Positions 1-11,401 of a DNA stretch of 64,000 bases are shown here, in pieces. The notes beneath the pieces are model-generated. The model was not told where the DNA came from, did not search any database, and saw nothing but the letters and a program-made list of their open reading frames with translations. The translations under genes and the position numbers were made by a program. The DNA is from Candidatus Babeliales bacterium (GTDB lineage Bacteria; Babelota; Babeliae; Babelales; JANWKD01): the NCBI GenBank assembly GCA_963762115.1, contig CAVXJH010000006.1:96001-160000 (forward strand), read 5' to 3'. Within the stretch, counting starts at the first letter, position 1, and every line of letters starts with the position of its first letter.

Positions 1-220
1 TGTATGCGCTCTCTCTTTTTTAATTTTTTAATCTATCAAAACTATCTTTTTTATTGTACGTACATGATCAATACTCCTTTCTCACTTTCACGACCATTAA
101 CAATTGTATAAAATACATGAATTTTTTATATAATTGCAAGAAAAATAATAAAAAAAACGGGTAGGAGGGAGCATTTTACTGATCCCGTCCTCCCATAAAT
201 ATTATTTCTTAAACAAGCCC

Positions 221-2821
221 TTAATTACTCAAATTAGAACCTACAGCAACCGTTGCGCCTACAATTTGAACATTTCCAATACCACCATTATAATTTCCGC
301 CTGCATTTCTTACTGCATAATTATAAAGGATTGCAGCAGCACTATTCAGATCAAAGCCAACACCGCCATTATATTCTGCAATACAATATGCTGCATTAAC
401 AACTTCTGTACCAACGCTACACAAAAATCCTTGATCTGTATTTCTATTTGCTTTGCAATAGTTTAAATCAGCTGTTGTACTAGCCCCTCCTGAGAAATTA
501 AATCCTATATCATTATTAAAAGAATTACATCTATCTAATGATAGTTCTGAACTTAAAGAACTAAAACCAGCACTTCCAGCAGCCCCTGTTGTACAAATAA
601 CACTACAATTGGTGCATGAATTATTTGTCGCTACAATTTCAAAGCCAGCACTAATGCCACCAGATGAATTTACATTATTTACGTGACAATCAAAATATTC
701 TGCGCAAGTAGAGTCAATAAACGAAAGAAAAGCGATTGCTTGTGAAGGTCCCGTTATATTATTAACAAAACAACCTCTGCAGACACTATTAGCTGAAGAA
801 ATATTGAACCCATCTACTATCGTGGTACCGGATAAATTTACTGCTGAACAATTAGTTAAAATAGTATCGCCACCAGCTATAAGGAAGCCAACTAATGATG
901 TCGATGCTCCTGCTTTTGTTAATCCATTCACCACACAATTATAAAATTCATTATTTGCCGCGTTCGCTTGGAACCCAACAGTATTCAACGTTGATCCAGC
1001 ACCAGAAAGATTCATTACAACACAATCTGAGAATATATTGCTGCCAGGAGTTGTTCCGTCACTGAATATTCCTGTAACACCACTCGTAGCGGTGATATTT
1101 TTTATAACGCATGATTTAAACGTGTTATAAAAACCAGCAAGGTGATTTATGCCTATAGAAGCGAATCCTGTTGCGTTATTAACCACACATGAATCAAGGA
1201 GAGAATTTTGTAAATTAGCAAATCTAAAACCTGAATTTAACAAACTCATATTGGTGCATGCTACATGATCAAAGACACATTCAAGAGCTGTTCCCACAAC
1301 ATCAACGCCCACTCCTACACATTGATTAATAGTTGACGCTGATACTTTAGTCGCAACAGGGCTTGTTAACGATATACCATATGATGAGCCATTGTTAATG
1401 ATAACATCACTTAATATTCCTTGATTACAACTGGTTAAGGTAATACCAACATGAAGTGAATTTTCAATGGTCAAATTGTTAATTAAAAGGCTAATATCAT
1501 TAGTGTTTGAAACACCACGCAAACAATTTTGTACATACACATTAAGTATTGCAGTACCAATACTTGACGTTGCCGTAATAGCGCTTACTGCAGGACAATT
1601 AGTAAATGAAATGTTATTAATTTCAGTATTAGTATTTGAGGTTAACACAATACCATTATTAGAGTTGTTGATATTACCATTTTTAATAGTACGATTCGTA
1701 CCTGTTAACACAAAAATACCACCGGTTGAAACGGCATGAGAATTAAGATCTAAAACAACATTATTTGCTGTTATGGTAAATGATCCAACAATATCATTAC
1801 TAAGACAATAATAACCCGGTTGAGTAATATTCGTACCAGCAGTTAACGGTGTTACAACGCATGCTGAAGCAAGTGCATTAATTGCAGTAAATGTTCCATT
1901 AAAACCAGCAAGAATCGTCCATGTTTGTTGAAATTCATTCGTTATATTGGTACAACATGCATTAAGTGCAGTAAATGTTCCATTAAAACCATTCGTTATA
2001 ATCGTTGTGGTACTATTATTACTAATTGCCGTGGTAATGGTTGTGCTTAAACTAGCAAGAATTGTCCATGTCGCTTGAAAATCATTTGAAATATTAGTAC
2101 AGCATGCATTGAGTGCAGTAAATGTTCCTTGCTGGCTTATTACTATTTCACTTACAAGAGCCGTCAACGTTGATACGGTTGACTCTAATAATGAAACAGT
2201 TGCTACAATTGAAGTTGCACTTTGAACTAAAGCATTCACAACCACTGTCAATGTATTGGTTGCTTCTTCAATTAAAATAGCAGCTGTATTAATCGTTGAG
2301 AGACTTTGATTAATATCAAAAAGTATTGAAAATGTTTGCGCAAAATCAGCTTGTATTTGTGCACAGCAAGTAGTTAATTGCGTACTTAAAGCATTTAATA
2401 AAGCTCTAATGCCTGATAAATCACAGGTTGCAGGACCCGCTACACCATTGTGTGGATTGCCTTGACGAGGTGCCTTAGTTGATTCTCCTAAAAGCTCATT
2501 ATATCCTTCCACCAATAAAGGATATGCTTCCAATAAATCATTGACACATAATAAATCTTTTTTTTCTTCCAATCGATCGCAACAACGGATTAATGCCTGC
2601 AATGAAATGTCATCTGGATTTACTGTTACTTCATTTTTAATTTTTTTCTCAACAAGACCGACAATAAATGCTTGTACTACTTCATCAACCACAATCTCTT
2701 CTTGCCCATCAACAAGAATAATAGCGGGACATTCATTTACTTCTTTATAATCCGTACACGCTGATTGATTAAAAAAACCAACAACAAAAAATAACAACAA
2801 AATTTTTGATACTTGCTTCAT
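221..2821 (-). CDS. Secreted fibre-like protein: signal peptide, Cys-Cys coiled-coil repeats, long right-handed parallel beta-helix
   Basis: N-terminal MKQVSKILLLFFVVGFF; repeats 'GTFTALNACCTNITNEF'; 'ITQPGYYCLSNDI..ITANNVVLDLN' typical of a beta-helix start, followed by ~500 aa of N/S/T/G/C-rich beta-rung repeats. Confidence 0.75.
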   Translation of the reverse strand: MKQVSKILLLFFVVGFFNQSACTDYKEVNECPAIILVDGQEEIVVDEVVQAFIVGLVEKKIKNEVTVNPDDISLQALIRCCDRLEEKKDLLCVNDLLEAYPLLVEGYNELLGESTKAPRQGNPHNGVAGPATCDLSGIRALLNALSTQLTTCCAQIQADFAQTFSILFDINQSLSTINTAAILIEEATNTLTVVVNALVQSATSIVATVSLLESTVSTLTALVSEIVISQQGTFTALNACCTNISNDFQATWTILASLSTTITTAISNNSTTTIITNGFNGTFTALNACCTNITNEFQQTWTILAGFNGTFTAINALASACVVTPLTAGTNITQPGYYCLSNDIVGSFTITANNVVLDLNSHAVSTGGIFVLTGTNRTIKNGNINNSNNGIVLTSNTNTEINNISFTNCPAVSAITATSSIGTAILNVYVQNCLRGVSNTNDISLLINNLTIENSLHVGITLTSCNQGILSDVIINNGSSYGISLTSPVATKVSASTINQCVGVGVDVVGTALECVFDHVACTNMSLLNSGFRFANLQNSLLDSCVVNNATGFASIGINHLAGFYNTFKSCVIKNITATSGVTGIFSDGTTPGSNIFSDCVVMNLSGAGSTLNTVGFQANAANNEFYNCVVNGLTKAGASTSLVGFLIAGGDTILTNCSAVNLSGTTIVDGFNISSANSVCRGCFVNNITGPSQAIAFLSFIDSTCAEYFDCHVNNVNSSGGISAGFEIVATNNSCTNCSVICTTGAAGSAGFSSLSSELSLDRCNSFNNDIGFNFSGGASTTADLNYCKANRNTDQGFLCSVGTEVVNAAYCIAEYNGGVGFDLNSAAAILYNYAVRNAGGNYNGGIGNVQIVGATVAVGSNLSN
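1880..2130 (-). repeat. Imperfect intragenic direct repeats encoding (N/Q)GTFTALNACC / WTILA units
   Basis: tgcagtaaatgttccattaaaacca occurs at ~1883 and ~1967; agcaagaatYgtccatgt occurs at ~1907 and ~2054. Confidence 0.75.
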
Positions 2822-2960
2822 TCTTCTTTCTTTCTTTTTTTAATTTTTTTACATTACTCTAAACTCTTTTTTTTAAATTTTTTCCTCTTTCTTGTTTTAA
2901 AGATATAAACAACTCTACAAAAAATACATCAACTATCCCTACCTTTTCAAGAAAAATAAT

Positions 2961-3004
2961 AAAAAAAAAGGTGAGAACAATTCGAAAATCGTTCTCACCT
3001 TTTT
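2961..3004 (-). terminator. Rho-independent terminator (possibly bidirectional) after the RRM gene
   Basis: aaaaaggtgagaac...gttctcaccttttt inverted repeat with A/T tails. Confidence 0.8.
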
Positions 3005-3025
3005 AATTCTAAAAAATGATCTTAA

Positions 3026-3379
3026 TTAAAATCTATTTCTTGGAGGTCTTGGAGAGCCCCAACCACTACCGCCACCGGTACGGTTGCCGCCTCTATCGCC
3101 ACCAAAACGATCGCCTCCAGTTCTAGGACCACGAGCTTCAGGTGCGCGTGCTTCATTAACTCTGAGGGCTTGTCTTTCTAATTCGTAACCATTTAATTCG
3201 GCTATTGCTTGCTGAGCTTCAGCTGTAATAGGCATATCAACAAATGCAAATCCACGGGTATCACCGGTAAATTTGTCTTTGATGATCTTAACTGACGAAA
3301 CTTCGCCTTTTCCAGCAAATAATTGTCTTAACATGTCTTCTGTCACAGAACGTGCAACATTGCCAACGTATATGTTCAT
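3026..3379 (-). CDS. RRM-domain RNA-binding protein with Gly/Arg-rich tail
   Basis: RNP2 'IYVGNV', RNP1 'RGFAFVDM', 'LRVNEA', RGG-like C-terminus. Confidence 0.92.
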   Translation of the reverse strand: MNIYVGNVARSVTEDMLRQLFAGKGEVSSVKIIKDKFTGDTRGFAFVDMPITAEAQQAIAELNGYELERQALRVNEARAPEARGPRTGGDRFGGDRGGNRTGGGSGWGSPRPPRNRF

Positions 3380-3772
3380 AGGTATATAAACTCACAAAAA
3401 AAAATTAAAAAATGAAACTCAACAAATAATATTAACCTTACTGAAAAACCAGCCTTTCGTCAAGAATTAATATGATATACTATATTAATAACACTAATCC
3501 TAGCTAATAAATGATAAAAAGTCCAATTTAAAACTCATAAATGATTTTCAAAACACCTAATATTGCATATTGTGAAATATTTTTTTTAATTTAGTCAATA
3601 AAAGAAGTTTTGACCTGCAAATTGAGTAACTTTTTAATTTTGATATACTTTAAAAAAATCTCTTGTCTAGTCTCTTGCCAAAGGAATACTATACCTGCTT
3701 TACTAGATAATGTACCTTTTAAAAAATTTAATATATTCAAGCAATATACCTAATAGCCTTGGAGATTACCAA

Positions 3773-6307
3773 ATGATTGCACAAATTTTAGCAAAAATTA
3801 TGGGTACAGCAAATGTACGCCAATTAAAAAAGCTAAGGCCTATAGTCGAAAAAATAAACAATTTAGAAAAAACTATAAGCAGCCTCACCAATGAACAATT
3901 AACAGCCAAAACTAATGAATTTCGAGAAAAATTAAGTCAGGGCAAAACACTTGATGATATTTTGCCAGAAGCATTTGCTGTTGTTCGTGAAACAGCCAAG
4001 CGTGAATTAGGGCAACGCCATTTCGATGTTCAGCTTATTGGCGGCATCGTACTCCATCAAGGTAAAATTGCCGAAATGAAAACAGGTGAAGGCAAAACAT
4101 TAACAGCCACACTACCCCTCTATTTGAACGCATTAACCGGTAAGGGTGCTCATTTAATCACGGTGAATGATTATCTGGCACGCCGAGATGGCACATGGAT
4201 GACTCCTATTTTTAATCGTTTAGGCCTTACGGTTGGCATTTTACAAAATCAAATGAGCGATCAAGAGCGTAAAGCTGTTTATAACGCTGATATTGTCTAC
4301 GCCACCAACAATGAACTTGGCTTCGATTACCTGCGCGATAACATGAAATTCAGATTAGAAGATTATGTACAACGAGAGTTACACTATGGCATTGTCGATG
4401 AAGTTGACTCAATTTTAATCGATGAAGCACGAACACCCCTTATTATTTCAGGTTCATCAGATAAAAGCAGTCAATTATATGCACAAGCAAATTCAGTGAT
4501 ACCACGCCTCAAACAAGGTGAAGATTTTGAAGTTGACGAAAAAGCCCGCTCGGTACAATTAACAGAGTCAGGTGTTGATAAGGTTGAAGCAGCATTTCAT
4601 ATCGATAATCTCTATGCCATTGAACATTTGACGCTTTTACATCATATTAACCAGGCATTACGCGCGCACATACTCTTCAAAAAAGACGTTGACTATGTGG
4701 TAAAAGATGACGAAGTACTTATTGTTGATGAATTCACCGGCCGCATCTTACAGGGACGCCGCTATAGTGACGGTTTACACCAGGCAATTGAAGCAAAAGA
4801 AGGCGTTACCATTGAACGCGAAAGTCAAACATTAGCATCAATAACCCTACAAAACTTTTTCAGACTCTATAGTCGATTAGGTGGTATGACAGGAACTGCT
4901 TTAACAGAGGCCGAAGAATTTCATAAAATCTATAAACTCGATGTTGTTTCAATTCCCACCAATCAACCAATGATTCGTCTTGATAAACCTGATCTCATTT
5001 TTTTAACAAAAGATGCAAAATACAATATTATTGCCCAAGATGTTAAAGAACGTTATGAAAAAGGCCAACCTGTCTTAATTGGTACTATTGCCATTGAAAC
5101 ATCTGAATATTTAAGCAATATTCTTAAAGCTCATGGCATTCCCCATGAAGTTCTTAATGCAAAACAGCATCAAAGAGAAGCTGAAATCATTGCAAATGCC
5201 GGAAAATCTGGTCATGTTACTATTGCAACCAATATGGCTGGACGGGGAACCGATATAAAATTAACCCCTGATTCAATCAATGCTGGCGGATTATATATTT
5301 TAGGCACCGAACGACATGAAAGTCGTCGTATTGACAATCAATTACGCGGTCGCTCTGGACGCCAAGGCGATCCTGGAGAATCACGTTTCTATATTGCTTT
5401 GAACGATGAATTAATCAGAGTTTTTTCTGGCGATCTTATTGAAAAGAATATGCGCCGCGTCGGCATGAAAGAAGATGAAACAATCGAATCACGATTTATT
5501 TCAAAAACAATTGAAAATTCACAAGAAAAGGTTGAAAAACGCAATTTTGATATTCGTAAGCATTTACTTGAATATGATGATGTCTTAAATCAACAGCGCA
5601 TTGTCGTGTATGGGTATCGTCGATCAATTTTAGAAGGCAACCAAGAAATTTATGATCTTGTACGTGACTTAATAAGCCAATCAGTACATGACATGATCAT
5701 TGAATTTTGTTCTGCAAAAAATGTTTCAGTTGAATGCTTCAACAACATGCTTAAACCTTTGAGCGTGATGACAGGATTCTCAATTGAAGATCTACAAAAA
5801 GAAGGCTTTAATACTAAAAATTCAGAAACTCTTGAGACTGATATCACCAATTTCTTACTCATGAAATATGAACTTTACCGCAATCAGCAAAAAGGCGAAA
5901 TGATCCAAGAAGCTGAACGTTGGCTTATGCTTGAAACATTGGATAATGCTTGGAAACAACACATGCTCAATTTAGGCCACCTCAAAGAAGGTATTGAACT
6001 GCGCAGTTGGGGTCAAAAGAATCCTTTAATTGAATATAAGCGCGAAGCATTTGCCATGTTCCAAGAAACAATGCAACAAGTAAGATGGGATATTGTGCAT
6101 CACATTTTCCATTTGAATCTTGAACGCTTTAATCAAACTGAACTCGAAACCAAACGCCGACGTGAACTTGATGAACTTAATTTGATCTCTTCAAATATGG
6201 GTGATAATGAAAGCCCAAAAACGGTGGAACGTAAAGAAGATAAAGTTGGCAGAAATGATCCATGCTCATGTGGGTCTGGTAAAAAGTATAAAAAATGTCA
6301 CGGATAA
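3773..6307 (+). CDS. secA: Preprotein translocase ATPase SecA
   Basis: 'AEMKTGEGKT', 'DEVDSILIDEARTPLIISG', 'ATNMAGRGTDI', 'QLRGRSGRQGDPG', C-terminal SEC-C 'GRNDPCSCGSGKKYKKCHG'; start moved to ATG 3773 after GGAG RBS. Confidence 0.98.
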   Translation: MIAQILAKIMGTANVRQLKKLRPIVEKINNLEKTISSLTNEQLTAKTNEFREKLSQGKTLDDILPEAFAVVRETAKRELGQRHFDVQLIGGIVLHQGKIAEMKTGEGKTLTATLPLYLNALTGKGAHLITVNDYLARRDGTWMTPIFNRLGLTVGILQNQMSDQERKAVYNADIVYATNNELGFDYLRDNMKFRLEDYVQRELHYGIVDEVDSILIDEARTPLIISGSSDKSSQLYAQANSVIPRLKQGEDFEVDEKARSVQLTESGVDKVEAAFHIDNLYAIEHLTLLHHINQALRAHILFKKDVDYVVKDDEVLIVDEFTGRILQGRRYSDGLHQAIEAKEGVTIERESQTLASITLQNFFRLYSRLGGMTGTALTEAEEFHKIYKLDVVSIPTNQPMIRLDKPDLIFLTKDAKYNIIAQDVKERYEKGQPVLIGTIAIETSEYLSNILKAHGIPHEVLNAKQHQREAEIIANAGKSGHVTIATNMAGRGTDIKLTPDSINAGGLYILGTERHESRRIDNQLRGRSGRQGDPGESRFYIALNDELIRVFSGDLIEKNMRRVGMKEDETIESRFISKTIENSQEKVEKRNFDIRKHLLEYDDVLNQQRIVVYGYRRSILEGNQEIYDLVRDLISQSVHDMIIEFCSAKNVSVECFNNMLKPLSVMTGFSIEDLQKEGFNTKNSETLETDITNFLLMKYELYRNQQKGEMIQEAERWLMLETLDNAWKQHMLNLGHLKEGIELRSWGQKNPLIEYKREAFAMFQETMQQVRWDIVHHIFHLNLERFNQTELETKRRRELDELNLISSNMGDNESPKTVERKEDKVGRNDPCSCGSGKKYKKCHG

Positions 6308-6711
6308 AAAATAGTTTTCTTTTTTTACTGTTTTTTTGTTTTTATACATCTTTAGAAAGTATGGAGCGATTTAAAAAGTCGCTCCCTTTGATCTCTAAAA
6401 AAGCCACTTCAAATAATTCAACCAACGATCTTGATCATACTCTAGCTTTAGCGCGCAAAAATCATGATTTCAGCATCATTGCACAATTACCTTGTATCAT
6501 TAAAAACGGTTCACCACAAAAGATAAAAAAAACAAATAAAGCAATTCGACGCCATTTTCTAAAAAGAATCGACAAAGCTACATCACAAGAAAAATTAATG
6601 GCTTTGCATAGAGAAATCTTAGAAAAAATAGATTTTATTGAAAATACCCATGAATATGAATTACTTGGCCAAAGCCTTTATAACAAATGGCATGAGATTT
6701 ATAAAAGATAG
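6295..6711 (+). CDS. Hypothetical secreted protein (signal + ME motif)
   Basis: Overlaps the secA stop; hydrophobic N-terminus ending SLES-MERF. Confidence 0.6.
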   Translation: MSRIKNSFLFLLFFCFYTSLESMERFKKSLPLISKKATSNNSTNDLDHTLALARKNHDFSIIAQLPCIIKNGSPQKIKKTNKAIRRHFLKRIDKATSQEKLMALHREILEKIDFIENTHEYELLGQSLYNKWHEIYKR

Positions 6712-6829
6712 TTATCATTTATTTTTTTATAAATCTCATAAAATGAAGTATCAGATTTACATAGCGCTTAGTAGTTGATTTACATAAAAAACAGATAAAA
6801 ATCCTGAAAAAATGAAGGGATAATCTTAA

Positions 6830-7360
6830 CTAAACTTTAATGCATTGTTCATCAATAGCTATTTTATAACTAGCGAGCCATAGTTGTTTACAAGTATCAA
6901 TTTTATCCAACTGACTTATCAGTTTTTCATAAAAAACAAAATCTTCATTATTCGTTGTTCTATTGAGAACCTGATTATAACATTGAACATAGTTGCGCAA
7001 TTGCCATTCAAATTCATCTAATAATTGAATATCACGAACAAGTGTTTGATCTTCTAGGGCACAATTCAACTCACCGTCATATTGCGCAAAATAATGTTGT
7101 ACAAAATTATGAATACGCCGTTTCTTTTCTGACAACGGTTCCATTTCTGACAACAATACCGGCGTTTCAGAACAATACCTTTGTTGTATATTTTTCATAA
7201 AATTGTCACTTTGTTCAATACTGTTTTCAGCTTCTTTTCGCCATCCTTCTGCTGTTTTCATTCTGCATTCATCATTATTGTAATAATTTGCCGTCTCGGT
7301 AATCTGAAAAACTAAACATAACACCAGGCAAAGTGTTGTTTTAATATTATTTTCTGTCAT
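6830..7360 (-). CDS. Hypothetical protein, probable N-terminal signal
   Basis: 176 aa ORF with a hydrophobic N-terminal segment; no recognised motif. Confidence 0.55.
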   Translation of the reverse strand: MTENNIKTTLCLVLCLVFQITETANYYNNDECRMKTAEGWRKEAENSIEQSDNFMKNIQQRYCSETPVLLSEMEPLSEKKRRIHNFVQHYFAQYDGELNCALEDQTLVRDIQLLDEFEWQLRNYVQCYNQVLNRTTNNEDFVFYEKLISQLDKIDTCKQLWLASYKIAIDEQCIKV

Positions 7361-7449
7361 TTTTATTTACTTTCAATAATTTGATAATAAAAATATATAT
7401 CATATTTTACATAAAAAAATAAAATTTATATATAAAAATTATGCTATAA

Positions 7450-7734
7450 TTATTGTTTTAAAGGCTTTATTAAAGAAGGGTTATTATAATTAATTTTGTT
7501 TCTAAGCCACATTTGATTATTTTTTGCTTTTTCAGAAGCTCTTTGATCTTCACTTTTTAACTTCTTTGAAAGATTTTTATTTTGATGATGTTTAGCTTTT
7601 TCCAAAACACGTAACAAAATAGTATTTTCTGCACTATTTTTACTTCTAATATATTCTAAATCTTTAGATTGTTGCATACAAAAACTTGAAACAACAAATA
7701 ATCCTGCAAAAAAACTTAGTGCCGTCTTTTTCAT
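7450..7734 (-). CDS. Small basic secreted hypothetical protein (signal + MQ motif)
   Basis: MKKTALSFFAGLFVVSSFC-MQQ; Lys-rich mature part. Confidence 0.55.
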   Translation of the reverse strand: MKKTALSFFAGLFVVSSFCMQQSKDLEYIRSKNSAENTILLRVLEKAKHHQNKNLSKKLKSEDQRASEKAKNNQMWLRNKINYNNPSLIKPLKQ

Positions 7735-7823
7735 AAATTTCTCATATAATTTTTGTGATTGTTTAACTAAACAATGAAATGATATATTTTTTTAAAAATC
7801 TTGTAAAACATAAAGAAGGAGAA

Positions 7824-8276
7824 TTATAAAGATTTTTGATAGGTTTCTAGCGCTAATTTTTGTATGTCACGCACGTGTATTGATGGCCTTTTTAAGGCAA
7901 TAAATTCTAAGGCTTCCTCTATCGATTTTCCTTGTTTGATAAAATATGCTGCAACAAGTGTTGGCGCCCGACTATGACCATTTTGACAATGTACATAAAT
8001 TTTTTTCTTCATTTTTACAAATTTTTCAAGAGAATAAACCCCAAAATTCAACTGTTCTTGGGTAGGCGCTAAATCATTTTTTACAGGAAGCCAAACATAA
8101 AAATTAACACCAAAGGGTTCATCTACGCTCTCACCTTCGACGGATATATCAACTTCGATATTTTGAGATAGTAACAATGCAGCAAAATGTTCTTTGCAAC
8201 ATTTATTTGTACCAATATATATTCCATCAGAGATGTAATTATATTCTAATATTTTAATTGGGCTATGTTGATCCAT
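7824..8276 (-). CDS. Dual-specificity/PTP-family phosphatase
   Basis: CX5R active-site loop '[10 protein letters not shown]'; overlaps the fcl 3' end. Confidence 0.88.
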   Translation of the reverse strand: MDQHSPIKILEYNYISDGIYIGTNKCCKEHFAALLLSQNIEVDISVEGESVDEPFGVNFYVWLPVKNDLAPTQEQLNFGVYSLEKFVKMKKKIYVHCQNGHSRAPTLVAAYFIKQGKSIEEALEFIALKRPSIHVRDIQKLALETYQKSL

Positions 8277-9237
8277 ATTTAATTCCTTTATCTGCAGGCA
8301 TTACTTCATAATTTTTTATTGTTGTATACCATTCTAAAGTTCTTCGTATGCCATCTTGCAAAGAAATTTTTGCTTGCCAACCTAAAGCATGAAGTTTATC
8401 AACATTAAGTAATTTTTGTGGTGTTCCATCAGGTTTTGTTGTATCAAAAACAAGCTTTCCCTTAAAACCAACAATTTCTTTAATCAGATAAGCAAGATCA
8501 GCGATTGAAATATCTTGACCAACACCAATATTAATTGGTTCAGAGGATGAATACTGTTGCATAAGAAATACAGCAGCGTCAGCCAAATCATCAACAAACA
8601 GAAATTCACGTAATGCTTTGCCCGTTCCCCAAATAGTTACTTGCTCGGCATCCGTACTCCATGCATGATGCATTTTTGCCAGTAAAGCAGGAAGAACGTG
8701 TGAAGTTTCCAAATCAAAATTATCACCAGGTCCATATAAATTTGTTGGCATGCAAGAAATAAAATCGGTGCCATATTGCTTGTTATATGACTGACATAAA
8801 TTAATACCGGCAATCTTTGCAATTGCATAGGGTTCATTTGTTTTTTCCAAAGAACCGGTTAATAAATACTCTTCACAAATCGGTTGTAAACAATTACGAG
8901 GGTAAATGCACGAAGAACCTAAAAAAAGTAATTTTTTTACACCAAAACGATAAGCCGCGTGAATGATATTAGCGCTAATCATAAGATTTTCATAAATAAA
9001 TTGTGCAGGAAAATCACTATTTGCTTTTATACCACCAACTTTTGCCGCTGCCAAAAAAACATATTCAGGACGATGCTCAGAAAAAAAAGTTTGTACTGCA
9101 TTTTGATCGCACAAATTAAGTTCATCAACAGTTTTATAGAGTAAATTATGATACCCATCTGTTTGCAACTTTCTCATTAATGCTGAACCAACAAGCCCAG
9201 TATGCCCAGCGATATATATTCTCGCATTTTTATTCAT
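8263..9237 (-). CDS. fcl: GDP-L-fucose synthase
   Basis: '[13 protein letters not shown]', 'AAAKVGGI', 'LGSSCIYP', 'YAIAK', 'PTNLYGP'; ATGA overlap with gmd gives start 9237. Confidence 0.95.
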   Translation of the reverse strand: MNKNARIYIAGHTGLVGSALMRKLQTDGYHNLLYKTVDELNLCDQNAVQTFFSEHRPEYVFLAAAKVGGIKANSDFPAQFIYENLMISANIIHAAYRFGVKKLLFLGSSCIYPRNCLQPICEEYLLTGSLEKTNEPYAIAKIAGINLCQSYNKQYGTDFISCMPTNLYGPGDNFDLETSHVLPALLAKMHHAWSTDAEQVTIWGTGKALREFLFVDDLADAAVFLMQQYSSSEPINIGVGQDISIADLAYLIKEIVGFKGKLVFDTTKPDGTPQKLLNVDKLHALGWQAKISLQDGIRRTLEWYTTIKNYEVMPADKGIKYGST

Positions 9238-10346
9238 AAATATTCCCATTGATATTGGTGAGATTGATGTAAAGGTGCATTTGATACTTTTCCCGATGCT
9301 CGTAATTCTGCTGCAACAAGCTCACAATCATGATCAACCATTAAAGCAACCAATCCATCAAAATCCATTTTAGGTTGCCAACCTAATTGTTGAAAAGCTT
9401 TGCTTGCATCACCAATTAAAAGATCAACTTCTGTCGGTCTAAAATAATGTTCATCAATCACCACAATTTCTTTTTTTGTTGCACTATCAATGCCACGTTC
9501 ATGAACACCGGTACCTTGCCAGATCACCTTAATACCAACACGCGCAAAAGCTTTTTGAACAAACTCTCGAACCGTATACGTTTTACCCGTTGCAATAACA
9601 AAATCTTCCGCCTTATCTTGTTGCAACATCAGCCACATCGCTTCAACATAATCTTTTGCATAACCCCAATCACGTTTTGCATCTAAATTACCCAAATATA
9701 CAGTATCTTGAATCCCATATTTTATACGAGCAACAGCACGAGTAACTTTTCTGGTGACAAATGTTTCACCGCGCATTGGTGATTCATGATTAAAAAGAAT
9801 CCCATTGCAAGCATACATATCATATGCTTCACGATAATTTACGGTGATCCAATAGGCATATAATTTTGCAACGCCGTAGGGCGAACGAGGATAAAAGGGG
9901 GTTTTTTCAGTTTGAGGAATTTCATTACTATTGCCATAAAGTTCACTCGTGGAAGCTTGATAGAATCGTGTTTTTACCGTTAATCCGAGTAATCGAATTG
10001 CTTCTAAAATACGCAAAGTTCCTAAAGCATCAGCATTTGCTGTGTATTCTGGCGTTTCAAATGAAACACGAACATGACTTTGTGCCGCTAGATTATAAAT
10101 TTCATCAGGTTGAATTTCTTGAATGATTCTGATCAAGTTGGTTGAATCGGTTACATCACCATAATGTAAAATAAAATTATGATTATCATACTCATGTGAA
10201 TCTTGGTAAATATGATCAATACGTGAAGTATTAAACGAAGAAGATCGTCGCTTTAAACCATGAACTTGATAACCCTTATGCAATAAAAATTCAGATAAAT
10301 AAGCGCCATCTTGACCGGTAACACCGGTTATTAATGCTTTCTTCAT
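9234..10346 (-). CDS. gmd: GDP-mannose 4,6-dehydratase
   Basis: '[14 protein letters not shown]', 'NLAAQSHV', 'QASTSELYG', 'SPYGVAK', '[15 protein letters not shown]'. Confidence 0.97.
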   Translation of the reverse strand: MKKALITGVTGQDGAYLSEFLLHKGYQVHGLKRRSSSFNTSRIDHIYQDSHEYDNHNFILHYGDVTDSTNLIRIIQEIQPDEIYNLAAQSHVRVSFETPEYTANADALGTLRILEAIRLLGLTVKTRFYQASTSELYGNSNEIPQTEKTPFYPRSPYGVAKLYAYWITVNYREAYDMYACNGILFNHESPMRGETFVTRKVTRAVARIKYGIQDTVYLGNLDAKRDWGYAKDYVEAMWLMLQQDKAEDFVIATGKTYTVREFVQKAFARVGIKVIWQGTGVHERGIDSATKKEIVVIDEHYFRPTEVDLLIGDASKAFQQLGWQPKMDFDGLVALMVDHDCELVAAELRASGKVSNAPLHQSHQYQWEYL

Positions 10347-10363
10347 AACTCTCTTTCCAATTT

Positions 10364-11401
10364 TTAAAGATACTGATCAAGATTTTTTTTCTTTAGCTCT
10401 TGTACTATTAATTTAACTTTTTCTGCTTCAGATCGTTTCACAATTAAGAGTGCATCAGGTGTTTCAACAACACATACATCATCAACACCAAGTAATGCAA
10501 CCATTTTTCCCGATGAAGATGAAATCAAATTGTTGTGTGCATCAATCTCAATAACATTTCCCCGTGCATTTTTTGATTGTGCTTCTTGTTGTAATGCCAA
10601 AAATATTTCTAAATTACCAACGTCAGACCATTCAAAATCAACAGGAACAACATAAATTTTATCGCTTTTTTCCATAAGAGCATGATCAATCGAAATTGAT
10701 GGCAATGACAGGTAATCATTTTTATCGCCCGAAAGAATATAGTTTTGCATGCCGGCATAAAGCTCTGGTGCATATTTTTGGTACTCACGCAAAAAAACAG
10801 AAACACGGCCACAAAAAATGCCGATATTCCAAAGCATTGATTGCATCGAACAATAGATTTGTGCAACTTCAAGAGATGGTTTTTCATGAAATTTTAAAAC
10901 TGCTCCAACATGAGCATCTTGAATATCTTTTTTATATTCAATATAACCATAACCTGTTGCAGGATAACGCGGCTTAACGCCCAATAACGTAATTACATCA
11001 TGCTTTGCGTTATATTCTAATGCAGCTGAAATACCTGCAACAAATTTTTTTGTTTCAGGTATATAAGGATCGGCAGGAAGAAATACAACAACAGCATTGG
11101 GGTTTTTTTGTGCAAGCAACAGGCAACTCAAAAGAATTGCCGGTGCTGTGTTGCGAGAAGCAGGCTCAATAAATAAAGAATGTATATGATTGCCAACAAG
11201 AGCTATAATTGCTTTCTCTTGCTGCTTGTTAGTAACTATAAAACGATTATGCCGCTCAATCAAACCATCAAGACGATCAAGCGAATTTTCCAACAAAGAA
11301 CGATTATTCACAAAAGGTAACAATTGCTTTGGTTTGCTTTCGCGACTCAGCGGCCAAAGACGTTCACCCTTACCTCCTGCCAAAATAACTGCATAGGTCA
11401 T
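10364..11401 (-). CDS. manC: Mannose-1-phosphate guanylyltransferase (no PMI domain)
   Basis: '[21 protein letters not shown]', '[10 protein letters not shown]', 'TGYGYI', 'FHEKP', 'WSDVG'. Confidence 0.93.
   Translation of the reverse strand: MTYAVILAGGKGERLWPLSRESKPKQLLPFVNNRSLLENSLDRLDGLIERHNRFIVTNKQQEKAIIALVGNHIHSLFIEPASRNTAPAILLSCLLLAQKNPNAVVVFLPADPYIPETKKFVAGISAALEYNAKHDVITLLGVKPRYPATGYGYIEYKKDIQDAHVGAVLKFHEKPSLEVAQIYCSMQSMLWNIGIFCGRVSVFLREYQKYAPELYAGMQNYILSGDKNDYLSLPSISIDHALMEKSDKIYVVPVDFEWSDVGNLEIFLALQQEAQSKNARGNVIEIDAHNNLISSSSGKMVALLGVDDVCVVETPDALLIVKRSEAEKVKLIVQELKKKNLDQYL

Noticed and set aside
221..2821. Prophage tailspike interpretation of the beta-helix genes
   Set aside because: The genes have Sec signal peptides and there are no phage structural, integrase or packaging genes nearby.
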